Shown here in pieces: positions 54,369-63,773 of a DNA stretch of 64,000 nt. The stretch comes from Actinomycetota bacterium (GTDB lineage: Bacteria > Actinomycetota > Coriobacteriia > Anaerosomatales > UBA912), in contig JAGXSC010000008.1 in the NCBI GenBank assembly GCA_018334075.1, forward strand, positions 3,342 to 67,341, read 5' to 3'. Made by a program: the position numbers and the translations under genes. Numbering within the stretch: position 1 is the first letter of the stretch; each line of letters opens with the position of its first letter. Under the pieces are notes generated by a model that saw only the letters and a list, made by a program, of their open reading frames with translations, made no database searches and was not told the origin of the DNA.

Positions 54369-55931
54369 GTGGCCCTGAGAGTGCCTGTAACATTCGAGCC
54401 TCAGGGAATCACAGTTTGGGTTGAATCCGGGGTTCCGTTGACTTTGGCGGCTGAGGTCGCAGGCGTTTCTGTTGCGCTGCCGTGTGGCGGTCGGGGTATC
54501 TGCGGAGGGTGCGCTGTTAAGGTCGCCAAAGGCGCACTAGCCTCACCGGCGGAGAGTGAATGCGCCATGCTTCGAAGAGCCCCTGAGGGAGTTCGGCTAG
54601 CGTGTCAGGCCAGGGTATCTGGTGCCGTAACCGTTTCTGTCTTACAAAATGACCCACGTGAGAAGGTTTGCGCTTTTAAGAGCCCTGGCTTCGAGGGACC
54701 GCCGGTTATTGCAATCGACTGTGGCTCAACGATGATAACCGTACTGGTTGCTGATTCAGCTACCGGCCTCCAGCACTCCAGGGCTTCGGTGATAAATGGG
54801 CAAGCAGGGCTTGGAGCGGATATCGTCTCTAGGGTCGACTTAGGGCTCAGGGGGCATGGGAGTGAACTGCAGGCGGCGATCACAAAGTCGCTTTCCTGTG
54901 CGCTTGAGTCGGCGTGCGCAACCGCCGGTATCGACCTTCCGGACGTTCAGCGGACGACGGTGGTCGGCAATCCTGTAATGATAGCAACGCTTCTCGGCGC
55001 CGATTTGAGTGGATTCGCCGCCGCTCCATATCTCATTCCGGAGCAGGTTAAGCATCCAGTACACACTGAACCGCTAGCGCATATTTTAGGGTTGAGCAGC
55101 GAGATTTTCATAGTGCCCCCGATTGCATCTTTTGTAGGCGGGGATATGGTCGCGGGACTCTTTGCGTCCGGAGTTGATCGACAAACGCAGCACACTCTCT
55201 ATCTCGATATCGGCACCAACGCTGAGCTTGCCCTGGTGCATGACGGTAGGATCACGGTTACATCGGTTCCAGCAGGACCCGCCTTCGAGGGACACGGAAT
55301 CGCCTACGGGGGAGTTTTCGGAGAGGGAGCTGTTACCGGTGCGCGTCTCGGAGATCATGACATACTGCTTGAGGTTGAGGGCGCTTCGACGCCAAAGCGA
55401 CTGTGTGGGTCCGGACTGGTGTCAGTTATCACCTTGCTTAGGCAGGCAGGGCACATCGATGCTGCCGGGAGAGTTTGGCCGCAGGGGCCCTTGGGTTACA
55501 GGTTCAAAAGGATCCAAGAAGAGCTCGCTTTTGCTCTTGGGGAGGATGGTTCGGGTCCGTATGTTTTTCAGGGTGACGTAAGAGCTTTTCAGCTTGCGAA
55601 AGCTGCGGTTTTGGCTGGGGTCAGGAGTTTGATAGAGAAATCTGGAGTAAGCGTGCGCCATACGATAGTCTCCGGAGCTTTTGGGGGAGCGGTCACAGCG
55701 AAGCAAATGATGCGCCTCGGGATCATTCCGTCAGATACCGGGGAGGTTCGAGTATTCAACGATGCGGCCCTGTTGGGCGCCATGGCGCTTGCCTTATCAC
55801 CCGACAGCATCTCCGGCTTTGAGGATCTGTACGAGATTATGGCGCATGAAGAGCTGGCGACCAGTGATTTATTCAAGCGGGCCTTTGTTGATGCAACGAG
55901 CCTGGAGCCCTGGGAGGGTGCGCATCCTTGA
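54369..55931 (+). CDS. 2Fe-2S ferredoxin domain fused to an ASKHA/DUF4445 domain (RACo-like corrinoid activation ATPase family)
   Basis: N-terminal plant-type ferredoxin Cys pattern CGGRGICGGCAV...C, then IAIDCGSTM and LDIGTNAEL (ASKHA phosphate motifs). Confidence 0.8.
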   Translation: MALRVPVTFEPQGITVWVESGVPLTLAAEVAGVSVALPCGGRGICGGCAVKVAKGALASPAESECAMLRRAPEGVRLACQARVSGAVTVSVLQNDPREKVCAFKSPGFEGPPVIAIDCGSTMITVLVADSATGLQHSRASVINGQAGLGADIVSRVDLGLRGHGSELQAAITKSLSCALESACATAGIDLPDVQRTTVVGNPVMIATLLGADLSGFAAAPYLIPEQVKHPVHTEPLAHILGLSSEIFIVPPIASFVGGDMVAGLFASGVDRQTQHTLYLDIGTNAELALVHDGRITVTSVPAGPAFEGHGIAYGGVFGEGAVTGARLGDHDILLEVEGASTPKRLCGSGLVSVITLLRQAGHIDAAGRVWPQGPLGYRFKRIQEELAFALGEDGSGPYVFQGDVRAFQLAKAAVLAGVRSLIEKSGVSVRHTIVSGAFGGAVTAKQMMRLGIIPSDTGEVRVFNDAALLGAMALALSPDSISGFEDLYEIMAHEELATSDLFKRAFVDATSLEPWEGAHP

Positions 55932-55966
55932 TGCTGGCTTGGTGCTCGTTCTACCCCATAAAAGCC

Positions 55967-55996
55967 GAAAGCCTCGACCTTCGAGTCGAGGCTTTC
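55967..55996. terminator. Strong hairpin (12-bp perfect stem) with the U-tract on the minus strand only
   Basis: GAAAGCCTCGAC-cttcga-GTCGAGGCTTTC. It is preceded on the plus strand by ATAAAAG (minus-strand reading gives hairpin + CTTTTAT). It lies 36 nt after the plus-strand stop at 55931. Confidence 0.5.
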
Positions 55997-56547
55997 ATAC
56001 GCCTTCCCCTGGCTCTAACCCCTGAGTCTCTTGCGGGTCTTCTGCTCCATAGGAGCCACTTGCGCATAGCGATGCCGGTCAACCATGCATACCCGCTTGT
56101 TCGCTGTCCGGGTTCCCCGGAATCAGCTTATGCCGGGAAGGAAACTTTCCTTGAGGGCAATGTAGCATCAATCAAATGGGTTGTCACTATTGTTACAAGT
56201 AAATCTTTCTTCAGGTTTGTGGATTTAAGTTCATGGTAGTGCTCATAGGCTTCCCGAAGGGCGGAATGGTTGATCATGTACATGCGGTATGAACGAAAAG
56301 GGCTTCCTCGCCATTCGCCATACTCTCGTGGAGGTGCGGGAGGATTGGGAGGTGGAAGACTTGGGGCTAACTACAGCCGCCTACCGAATATCCTGCGCCG
56401 TCCGCCTATTGCGGTTGCCTACCAAGTCCATTTCTTTGTATTTTTGTGCAACAGTAAGTGAGGGCGCTGCCGATTGTTGTGGCAAAGGTTGCTGGCATAA
56501 CAATTTCGGCATTACTCAATCATGTCCGGTTGAATGGAGGTAGTGCG

Positions 56548-58539
56548 ATGAGTGATGGTTCCAAATCTATTGAATCAATGATGAGCGAGCTAAGGATTGT
56601 AGAGCCAGCAAAATGGGTGAGTGAGAAGGCCCATATCAAGAGTATGGACGAGTATCAGGCGATGTATGATCGCTCGATTTCCGACCCCGAGGGCTTCTGG
56701 GCCGACATGGCGGAAGAATACCTGCACTGGCAGACACCCTTCAATAAAGTGGTCGAATGGGAGTTTGAGACCCCAAGAGTCCAATGGTTTCTTGGGGGAA
56801 AGACTAACGTAGCGTACAACTGCATCGATCGGCATCTGACCACATGGCGTCGTAACAAGGCGGCCCTGATCTGGGAATCAGACGATGGCAGTACTGCAAC
56901 CTATACATACCAGTCGCTCTACTTCAAGGTTTGCCGGTTCGCCAACGTCTTGAAAAAGCACGGCGTAAAAAAGGGAGACCGTGTCGCTATCTACCTGCCG
57001 ATGCTTCCCGAGCTGGCCGTAGCTATGCTTGCCTGCGCTCGCATCGGAGCGATCCACTCGATTGTTTTCGGAGGTTTTTCGGCGCAGGCGCTGCGTGACC
57101 GCATCCAGGACTGCGAGGCGAAGCTCTTGGTGACCGCCGATGAGGGGCTACGAGGAGGACGTCCGGTTTCTCTCAAGGCCATGTCGGATGAAGCGCTCGC
57201 CGAGTGCCCTTCGATTGAGAGCGTGATCGTGGTCAAGCGCACGGGTGGTACGGTTGAGATGAAGGAAGGCCGTGACAGCTGGTATCACGAAGAGGTCAAT
57301 GCGCCTGATATCTCACAGCATTGCGATGTCGAGTGGATGGATTCAGAGGATCCACTATTCATCCTCTACACATCCGGTTCGACCGGTAAGCCCAAAGGCG
57401 TGCTGCACACAACGGCTGGCTATCTCCTCTATGCGACCATGACCTTCAAGTACACGTTTGACTATCACGACGAGGATGTCTTTTTCTGCACTGCCGATAT
57501 CGGCTGGGTAACGGGACACAGCTATGTTGTCTATGGCCCACTGTCGCTGGGAGCCACCTCATTGATGTTCGAGGGCGTTCCAACCTATCCGGATGCCGGC
57601 AGGTTCTGGGAGATAGTGGAAAAGCACGGCGTGAATCAATTCTATACCGCTCCAACCGCAATTCGCGCACTCATGAGACTGGGTGATGAGTGGCCAGCCA
57701 AGTACGATCTTTCCAGCCTTCGCGTTTTGGGTACCGTTGGGGAGCCGATCAATCCAGAGGCGTGGATGTGGTATTTCAAGACGATCGGCAAAGAGCGAAT
57801 TCCGGTTGTGGACACATACTGGCAAACCGAGACAGGAGGCCATGTCATCACCAACCTCCCTGGAGCCACGCCGATGAAACCGGGTTCGGCGACTCGTCCA
57901 TTCTTTGGTATCCAGCCAGTGGTGCTAAACGAGGACAAAAGCGAGACCGAGGTAGGTTCCGGAGGACGCCTCTGCATCAAGTACCCGTGGCCCGGGATCT
58001 TGCGCGGCACTTGGGGAGACCCTGAAAATGCGCGGGTAAAAGAAGTGTACTTCACTACATTCCCTGGACACTACTTTACCGGCGACGGGGCTCGCAAGGA
58101 CGCCGATGGGTACTACTGGCTTCTCGGCAGGGTCGATGACGTCATCAATGTATCGGGTCATCGAATGGGTACCGCCGAGGTTGAAAGCGCGCTTGTATCG
58201 CATCCTTCAGTCGCCGAGGCGGCAGTTGTCGGATTCCCGCACGAGATAAAGGGTGAGGGAATCTACGCGTACGTCATCTTGCGGGGCGGAAATGAGGCCA
58301 CTCCTGAGCTGATGAAGCAGCTCGTCGCGCATGTTCGCAAGGAGATCGGGCCGATCGCAACACCGGACCTCATCCACTTCGTGCCGGAGCTTCCCAAGAC
58401 TCGTTCCGGCAAGATCATGCGCAGGATTCTTCGCAAGATCGCAGCGGGGGAGACCGATATCTCGGGCTTTGGGGATATCTCCACTCTCGCCGACCCCTCG
58501 ATCGTTCAGACGATTCTGGAAACACGTCCGGCTGGGTAA
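56548..58539 (+). CDS. acs: Acetyl-CoA synthetase (AMP-forming)
   Basis: [51 protein letters not shown] and [11 protein letters not shown] are canonical Acs. ATG 56548 after GGAGG. Confidence 0.95.
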   Translation: MSDGSKSIESMMSELRIVEPAKWVSEKAHIKSMDEYQAMYDRSISDPEGFWADMAEEYLHWQTPFNKVVEWEFETPRVQWFLGGKTNVAYNCIDRHLTTWRRNKAALIWESDDGSTATYTYQSLYFKVCRFANVLKKHGVKKGDRVAIYLPMLPELAVAMLACARIGAIHSIVFGGFSAQALRDRIQDCEAKLLVTADEGLRGGRPVSLKAMSDEALAECPSIESVIVVKRTGGTVEMKEGRDSWYHEEVNAPDISQHCDVEWMDSEDPLFILYTSGSTGKPKGVLHTTAGYLLYATMTFKYTFDYHDEDVFFCTADIGWVTGHSYVVYGPLSLGATSLMFEGVPTYPDAGRFWEIVEKHGVNQFYTAPTAIRALMRLGDEWPAKYDLSSLRVLGTVGEPINPEAWMWYFKTIGKERIPVVDTYWQTETGGHVITNLPGATPMKPGSATRPFFGIQPVVLNEDKSETEVGSGGRLCIKYPWPGILRGTWGDPENARVKEVYFTTFPGHYFTGDGARKDADGYYWLLGRVDDVINVSGHRMGTAEVESALVSHPSVAEAAVVGFPHEIKGEGIYAYVILRGGNEATPELMKQLVAHVRKEIGPIATPDLIHFVPELPKTRSGKIMRRILRKIAAGETDISGFGDISTLADPSIVQTILETRPAG

Positions 58540-58560
58540 GGCAGGTCATAAAGTTAGTAT

Positions 58561-58602
58561 GCAAGGCCTCGTCGACTCCGCATGAGAGTCACGAGGCCTT
58601 GC
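58561..58602 (+). terminator. Terminator hairpin after acs
   Basis: GCAAGGCCTCGTcGACTC-cgcatga-GAGTCACGAGGCCTTGC (17 bp with one bulge), followed by TTGTAATCTCTT. Confidence 0.7.
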
Positions 58603-58711
58603 TTGTAATCTCTTGGAAAGCAAATTTGGCTTTAGGCTTGTGAAGATATTTGCAGCATCGCTTGTAGTTGATGCTAGAATGTCTTTCGCTGCTCCTGAGG
58701 TAGGGGTAAAT

Positions 58712-58786
58712 GGGCGATTAGCTCAGGGGGAGAGCGCTTCCTTCACACGGAAGAGGTCGTAGGTTCAAATCCTACATCGCCCACCA
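58712..58786 (+). tRNA. tRNA-Val (anticodon CAC), CCA encoded
   Basis: GGGCGATTAGCTCAGGGGGAGAGCGCTTCCTTCACACGGAAGAGGTCGTAGGTTCAAATCCTACATCGCCCACCA. Anticodon loop TTCACAC. Confidence 0.92.
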
Positions 58787-59255
58787 TTTACCCAGAAAGG
58801 CCTTGGAGGAGTCAATTTCGAAGGCTCCGAAGGGGTCTTTGTACTGTTAGAGGCTATGTGGCCTTCCCTGACGGTGTGGTTACAAAGTGCGGTCTCTATG
58901 GTCTTGCGCCGAGCGGTACCCTCAGTGGATGCGAAGTCCACGCGTACAGACGATGCGACTGAGAACAACTCTCTGACCTCCTCGAACGAGCGCAGCGCCC
59001 CCGCTCCATACTCGGAGAGGCGCAGTTCCAAAGCGCGCCGGGAAGAGGCGAGCTCGTCGGCACTCTCGCGGTAGACCTCCACAGTACGGAGCCAGCTGTA
59101 AGTGGGACGGTTCCATCAACTATGAGCGCATCGTTCGCTACTTGCCCCACTTAAAGAGCGCGATCCAAGTACCTGTGTATGTGCTTGGGATTGACGCCTA
59201 CTAAACCCGGTGCTCTCTCCACCGCTCGCGAGGTACTAGTGAGTGCCCCGCCCAT
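58787..59255 (-). pseudogene. Possible degraded gene(s): protein-like segments in three minus-strand frames abutting the tRNA-Val 3' end
   Basis: A 105-aa ORF (58765-59082) runs into the tRNA. A different frame upstream gives a 34-aa HTH-like tail ...RAVERAPGLVGVNPKHIHRYLDRAL (59151-59255). No single intact long frame and no recognisable family. Confidence 0.25.
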
Positions 59256-59314
59256 GCCATGTTGTATTCTACTGGTGCAGTGGGTGTTGGCGACTTCAAG
59301 AGGGGGACACAATC

Positions 59315-60043
59315 ATGCTAGTTGAGTGCAAGACATGCGGCAAGGAAATCGCGAAAGGCGTGAAGAAATGCGTTCACTGTGGGGCTAACCAGAGGAACTT
59401 CTTTCTCCGCCACAAGATCCTCACCGGTCTGATGGCCATCGTTGCACTAGTCGTGGTTGTTGCAGCCCTGGGGGGCGGTGACGAGCAGCCTGGAGATACC
59501 GGCACAGAGCTGCCTGAGTACCGCGTTGTCTCCGTCGAGGATTTTACCTTCTTCGGCGGCCCGCGGTATGTCTATCACGTTGTCGTCTCCACAGAGGCGA
59601 GTAAGGCTGAGCTTGAGGCGATTGCGAACGAAGTGATCGCACAGGCGCAGGACGAGACGCCCTTCAACGCCGTATCAGTTGCCTTCTACGACTATGAGGA
59701 GTATGTGGGCCACGGACTCACCCCCCTCGGGAGGGTGACGCCGGCCCCTGAGGGTGACTGGGCAAAGGCAGACCAGGTGAACACTGGAGACTACTCTGCC
59801 ATGAGTATCAAATCCGAAGTTCGGGATGTTGACTGGTCGAAGCGCCTCACCCAGGCGGAGGTCGAAGTCTGGAAGGCCTGGAGGGATGAACACAGGGTTC
59901 GGGCCGCAGCTCTAGACCCGGAAGACATTTACGCTGTAGTCGATGAGGATTTGCTTTCCAGCGACATAGCCAAACAATACGATATGGCTGTAGATGAAGT
60001 CGACGCTATTATGATGAAGCATTCGTTGAACTGGCGGTTCTAG
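59315..60043 (+). CDS. Hypothetical membrane protein with an N-terminal Zn-ribbon
   Basis: MLVECKTCGKEI...CVHCGA Zn-ribbon, one TM helix, then an acidic extracytoplasmic domain. AGAGGGGGA SD before ATG 59315. Confidence 0.55.
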   Translation: MLVECKTCGKEIAKGVKKCVHCGANQRNFFLRHKILTGLMAIVALVVVVAALGGGDEQPGDTGTELPEYRVVSVEDFTFFGGPRYVYHVVVSTEASKAELEAIANEVIAQAQDETPFNAVSVAFYDYEEYVGHGLTPLGRVTPAPEGDWAKADQVNTGDYSAMSIKSEVRDVDWSKRLTQAEVEVWKAWRDEHRVRAAALDPEDIYAVVDEDLLSSDIAKQYDMAVDEVDAIMMKHSLNWRF

Positions 60044-60141
60044 TCGACACGCCGAGTCACAAGACCGTCCACTACGGCCCACTATTTCAGGGTTATTTAC
60101 TTATCGCGCGCTCCAGCATAGAATGCCACTGTATCCTCTAT

Positions 60142-60160
60142 TTGTAACTGCATGTTACAA
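60142..60160. promoter_or_regulatory. Perfect inverted repeat TTGTAAC-tgcat-GTTACAA upstream of nuoA (candidate operator)
   Basis: 7-5-7 perfect palindrome that ends 36 nt upstream of the nuoA start, in a 153-bp intergenic region. Confidence 0.4.
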
Positions 60161-60196
60161 AGTTAAGTGCGCAGTTGGGAACGTGAGTAGACGGCC

Positions 60197-60556
60197 ATGA
60201 GTGCTTACAGTGTATGGTTTGTATTGGGCCTTGGCATCTCCTCGATGCTCTTTATTCTTGTGGTTTTCGGCGCAAATATACTGCTTTCGCCTCGTAATCC
60301 TTCTACCGAAAAAAACGAGCCCTATGAGTGCGGAATGCCTCAGGCTGGTTTTGCCTGGAACAAGGTCAACCTGCGGTTCTCCACTTTGGCGGTTTTGTTT
60401 GTCCTGTTTGACGCTGCTGCCATTTTGCTCTTTGGGGTTGCAGTTGCCCTGCGAGGATCACCCGGTTCTTTGATCGCTTTTCTGCCGCTACTTGGCTTTT
60501 TGTGCCTCGGATTGCTCTACGCATGGCGGAAGGGGGCATTGCAGTGGCACTTGTAG
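60197..60556 (+). CDS. nuoA: NADH-quinone oxidoreductase (complex I-like) subunit A
   Basis: 3-TM, 119-aa protein with EPYECG and RFSTLAVLFVLFD motifs. Confidence 0.9.
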   Translation: MSAYSVWFVLGLGISSMLFILVVFGANILLSPRNPSTEKNEPYECGMPQAGFAWNKVNLRFSTLAVLFVLFDAAAILLFGVAVALRGSPGSLIAFLPLLGFLCLGLLYAWRKGALQWHL

Positions 60557-61092
60557 ATGATCTCGGCTCTGCTCTTGAGCGCATGCCAAGCGGGATTATA
60601 TTGAGCTCGGTAGACGCACTCATTGACTGGTCGCGCGGGCACTCGCTATGGGCGATGCCGATGGGGACAGCCTGCTGCGCGATGGAGTTAATCGCCGCCT
60701 CTTTCAGCAAGTTCGATTTTGACCGGCACGGCACCTTCCCAAGACCTGATCCTCGGCACACCGATCTCATGATCGTTGCAGGCACCATCACTCGCAAAAT
60801 GCAGCCGGCGGTAAAGCGTCTCTACGAGCAGATGCCTGACCCGAAGTGGGTTATCGCGATGGGAAACTGTGCTGTCAGCGGAGGCATCTTCTACTACGAC
60901 ACGTACTCGGTGGTTCGCGGAGTAGATGAGTTCCTGCCAGTCGATGTTTATGTTGCGGGATGTCCGCCGCGCCCGGAGGCTCTTCAAGACGCCGTACTTC
61001 AGCTTCGTGCGAAGATAGGCCAGGAGTCCATCGGCCCGAATACATTTTATGTCCGAAAGCAAAATCTTCCGCAATCTGGAGATCCGAGATGA
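60544..61092 (+). CDS. nuoB: Complex I-like subunit B (N2 Fe-S subunit)
   Basis: SLWAMPMGTACCAME, GNCAVSGG and GCPPRPE cluster ligands. Probable GTG 60544 start after AAGGGGG (ORF-track start is 60502). Confidence 0.9.
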   Translation: MALVDDLGSALERMPSGIILSSVDALIDWSRGHSLWAMPMGTACCAMELIAASFSKFDFDRHGTFPRPDPRHTDLMIVAGTITRKMQPAVKRLYEQMPDPKWVIAMGNCAVSGGIFYYDTYSVVRGVDEFLPVDVYVAGCPPRPEALQDAVLQLRAKIGQESIGPNTFYVRKQNLPQSGDPR

Positions 61093-61550
61093 ATATCGAG
61101 CATCTAAAAGAGCGCCTTTGCGAGATATTCCCGGATCTGTGCCCACTTTTTTCATCCGAGTACGGTGACGCCGTTCTTCGCGTGGAGGCCAAGGAGTTGT
61201 ATAGCTCGGCGGCCGACCTCAAAGAACTTGGCTTCGACCGTCTAGGCATGCTTACCGCAGTTGACCGAGGCGAGACCTTTGAACTCGTTTATCGGCTCAC
61301 ATCGCGTTCGATGTCGGTCGGGATATTCCTGAAGTGTTCGGTTGACCGCGAGCACCCCGTCGTTATGTCACTAGTTTCGCTATGGCCAGCTGCGCTTTGG
61401 CAGGAGCGTGAGGTCTACGACCTCTTTGGCATCGAGTTCGAGAATCACCCTGACATGAGGCGAATACTCTTGCCCGAAGAGTGGATCGGGCATCCGCTGC
61501 GGAAAGACTACTCCGACACAAGCATGGTAAGGCGCCCGGACTATGTATGA
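61089..61550 (+). CDS. nuoC: Complex I-like subunit C
   Basis: WPAALWQEREVYDLFGIEFENHPDMRRILLPEEW.GHPLRKDY. ATGA overlap with nuoB. Confidence 0.9.
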   Translation: MNIEHLKERLCEIFPDLCPLFSSEYGDAVLRVEAKELYSSAADLKELGFDRLGMLTAVDRGETFELVYRLTSRSMSVGIFLKCSVDREHPVVMSLVSLWPAALWQEREVYDLFGIEFENHPDMRRILLPEEWIGHPLRKDYSDTSMVRRPDYV

Positions 61551-61588
61551 GCAAGGTTGCCAAATGACACGAATGGCACACACTCGAC

Positions 61589-62761
61589 TTGTCTGCGATG
61601 GAGGTGACGACAGTGGCACGACCTGAGCCTGTGGAGCCGGGAACAGCGGTTCTCTCGGAAGACGAGGCAGAACAGGGGCTTGTCGTCAATGTTGGGCCGT
61701 CACATCCTTCGACCCACGGGGTGTGTCGGGTGATTGTGCATCTTGATGGCGAAGTCGTTACCAAGGCCGAGCCAGTCATCGGGTATTTACATCGCGGTAT
61801 TGAGAAGATGTGCGAAAACCGCACCTATCTCCAGGTGGTGCCACTTACCGATCGCCTTGATTATGTCGGGTCGATGTACTCGAATTGGGCTTATAGCCGA
61901 GCGGTCGAGCGGCTTGCCTCCATCCGGGTGCCAGAGAGGGCCGAGTATATCCGGGTGATAGTCGCCGAAATGCAGAGGATTGCCAGTCACATGATGTCCA
62001 TCGGAGCGGCCTCTGCTGACACCGGTGCGGCCACAATGTTCATCTACGCTTTCGATGAGCGCGAGCGGATAGTCGAGCTGTTCGAGGAGGTTTGCGGAGC
62101 CAGGCTCACCTACAACTTTGTTCGACCAGGAGGAGTGAGTTTCGAGCTTCCACCCGGTTGGACCGAGGCGGTTCTGCGCTTTACCCGCGCACATAGAGAT
62201 GCGCTTACCGAAATGGATCGCTTGTACTTCGCAAACACGATTGCGAGGGGCAGGCTGAAGGGCATCGGCGTTTTGTCTGCCGAGGATGCCGTGAGTTGGG
62301 GCGCGTCGGGCCCGGTGGCACGAGGCTCCGGTGTCAACTGGGATTTGCGCAAGCACGACCCTTACTCTGTCTACCCGCGTTTTGACTTCGACATTCCGAT
62401 AGGCGATAGGGGCGACTGTTTCGATCGCGCCCGGTGCAGGCTTTTTGAGTGTTATGAGTCGTGCCGTATCATCGAGCAGGCGATTTCGCAGATGCCAGAG
62501 GGTCCCGTGATGGCCGAGGGTCTTCCTCGGCTACTCAAGCCTCCGGTTGCTGACGTATACGATCATATAGAGAGCGCTCGCGGTTCTCTCGGCGTGTATT
62601 TGGTGTCGGACGGCTCTGTCCGGCCCTATCGAGTCAAGTTTCGCTCGCCTGCGTTTTGCAACCTCGCGTTGCTTCCCATGCTCGCCGAGGGGTATACGCT
62701 CTCCGATCTCGTCGTGATATTAGGCTCGCTCGATCCGGTGTTTGGGGAGATCGACAGATGA
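61589..62761 (+). CDS. nuoD: Complex I-like subunit D
   Basis: VNVGPSHPSTHGV.R, GYLHRGIEK, RLDYV, and C-terminal SLDPVFGEIDR. Confidence 0.92.
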   Translation: MSAMEVTTVARPEPVEPGTAVLSEDEAEQGLVVNVGPSHPSTHGVCRVIVHLDGEVVTKAEPVIGYLHRGIEKMCENRTYLQVVPLTDRLDYVGSMYSNWAYSRAVERLASIRVPERAEYIRVIVAEMQRIASHMMSIGAASADTGAATMFIYAFDERERIVELFEEVCGARLTYNFVRPGGVSFELPPGWTEAVLRFTRAHRDALTEMDRLYFANTIARGRLKGIGVLSAEDAVSWGASGPVARGSGVNWDLRKHDPYSVYPRFDFDIPIGDRGDCFDRARCRLFECYESCRIIEQAISQMPEGPVMAEGLPRLLKPPVADVYDHIESARGSLGVYLVSDGSVRPYRVKFRSPAFCNLALLPMLAEGYTLSDLVVILGSLDPVFGEIDR

Positions 62762-63708
62762 GCGGACTGCTGCACGGCATTATCTGGGGTCTGGCCGCGG
62801 GAACGCTTATCGCGCTTGCGGCCCTTTTTGGCGTTTGGTGGGAGAGGAAGGTTGCGGCCAGGATTCAGATGCGTATCGGCCCGCAGACGACGGGGCCTTT
62901 CGGGATCCTGCAGACCCTTGCCGACACAATCAAGCTAGTCTTGAAGGAAGATATAACGCCGACAAGGGCGGATGTACGCGTTTTTCGCATCGCACCACTG
63001 ATCGTGTTCGTTCCCACCGCGATGTCATTGGCGGTCATACCCTTCGCCTCGGGATTCGCTCCTCTCGATATCAGCACAGGCATGCTTTTCTTCCTGGCCG
63101 TGCCATCACTATCCGCTCTCGGAATCCTTCTCGGCGGCTGGGCGAGCAGAAATACATACGCCACCATAGGTGCGCTTCGCGCCGCGGCGCAGATGATCTC
63201 GTACGAACTTCCGAGGGCGCTTTCGGTTCTTTCGATCGTAGTGCTCGCCGGCTCGATGCGGCCGCTCGAGGTCATGGAGATGTGGCAGCCATGGTGGATT
63301 TTGATCACCATTCCAGGGCTAGCCGTTTACTTCATCGCGTCTATAGCCGAGGTAAATCGGGGGCCGTTTGATATCCCCGAGGCCGAGTCCGAGTTGGTGG
63401 CAGGTTACTTTGCGGACTATTCGGGTATCCGCTGGGCGGTGTTTATGATGTCCGAGTATGGCGGCACGGTGGCGGCCTCCTTGTTTGGCGCCGCCGTCTT
63501 TCTCGGCGGCTGGACGTGGCTACCGGGCGTGTGGGGCATCGCGGTGTTCGTGCTGCTGACGCTCTTGTTTATCACAGCGATGATCTGGGTAAAATGGACG
63601 TTCCCGCGTTTTCGCGCTGACCAGCTAATGGCGACCGCGTGGAAGACTCTCACGCCGATAGCCTTGCTGCAGCTGGCCATAGTCGGGGTGATCTCGCCTT
63701 GGCTGTAA
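62758..63708 (+). CDS. nuoH: Complex I-like subunit H
   Basis: WWERKVAARIQMRIGP, GPFGILQTLADTIKL, NRGPFDIPEAESELVAGY and SEYG motifs. ATGA overlap with the nuoD stop. Confidence 0.92.
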   Translation: MSGLLHGIIWGLAAGTLIALAALFGVWWERKVAARIQMRIGPQTTGPFGILQTLADTIKLVLKEDITPTRADVRVFRIAPLIVFVPTAMSLAVIPFASGFAPLDISTGMLFFLAVPSLSALGILLGGWASRNTYATIGALRAAAQMISYELPRALSVLSIVVLAGSMRPLEVMEMWQPWWILITIPGLAVYFIASIAEVNRGPFDIPEAESELVAGYFADYSGIRWAVFMMSEYGGTVAASLFGAAVFLGGWTWLPGVWGIAVFVLLTLLFITAMIWVKWTFPRFRADQLMATAWKTLTPIALLQLAIVGVISPWL

Positions 63709-63773
63709 ACCGCACCAACTCGGTAAAGCCGCGCCATCATCAAGCAGGAGCTCCTGTTGCGACACCGACTGAG

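Noticed and set aside
56493-56507. TGGCAT-aacaa-TTTC upstream of acs as a sigma-54 promoter
   Set aside because: The invariant GC of the -12 element is replaced by TC, and no bEBP gene is adjacent. Not supportable.
41994-58786. The two tRNA-Val genes as direct repeats bounding a 16.7-kb island (mrp-like cluster through acs)
   Set aside because: They are different isoacceptors (GAC vs CAC) with different acceptor and T stems, so they are paralogous tRNA genes rather than att-site duplications. The genes between them include housekeeping functions (rnd, xseAB, acs).
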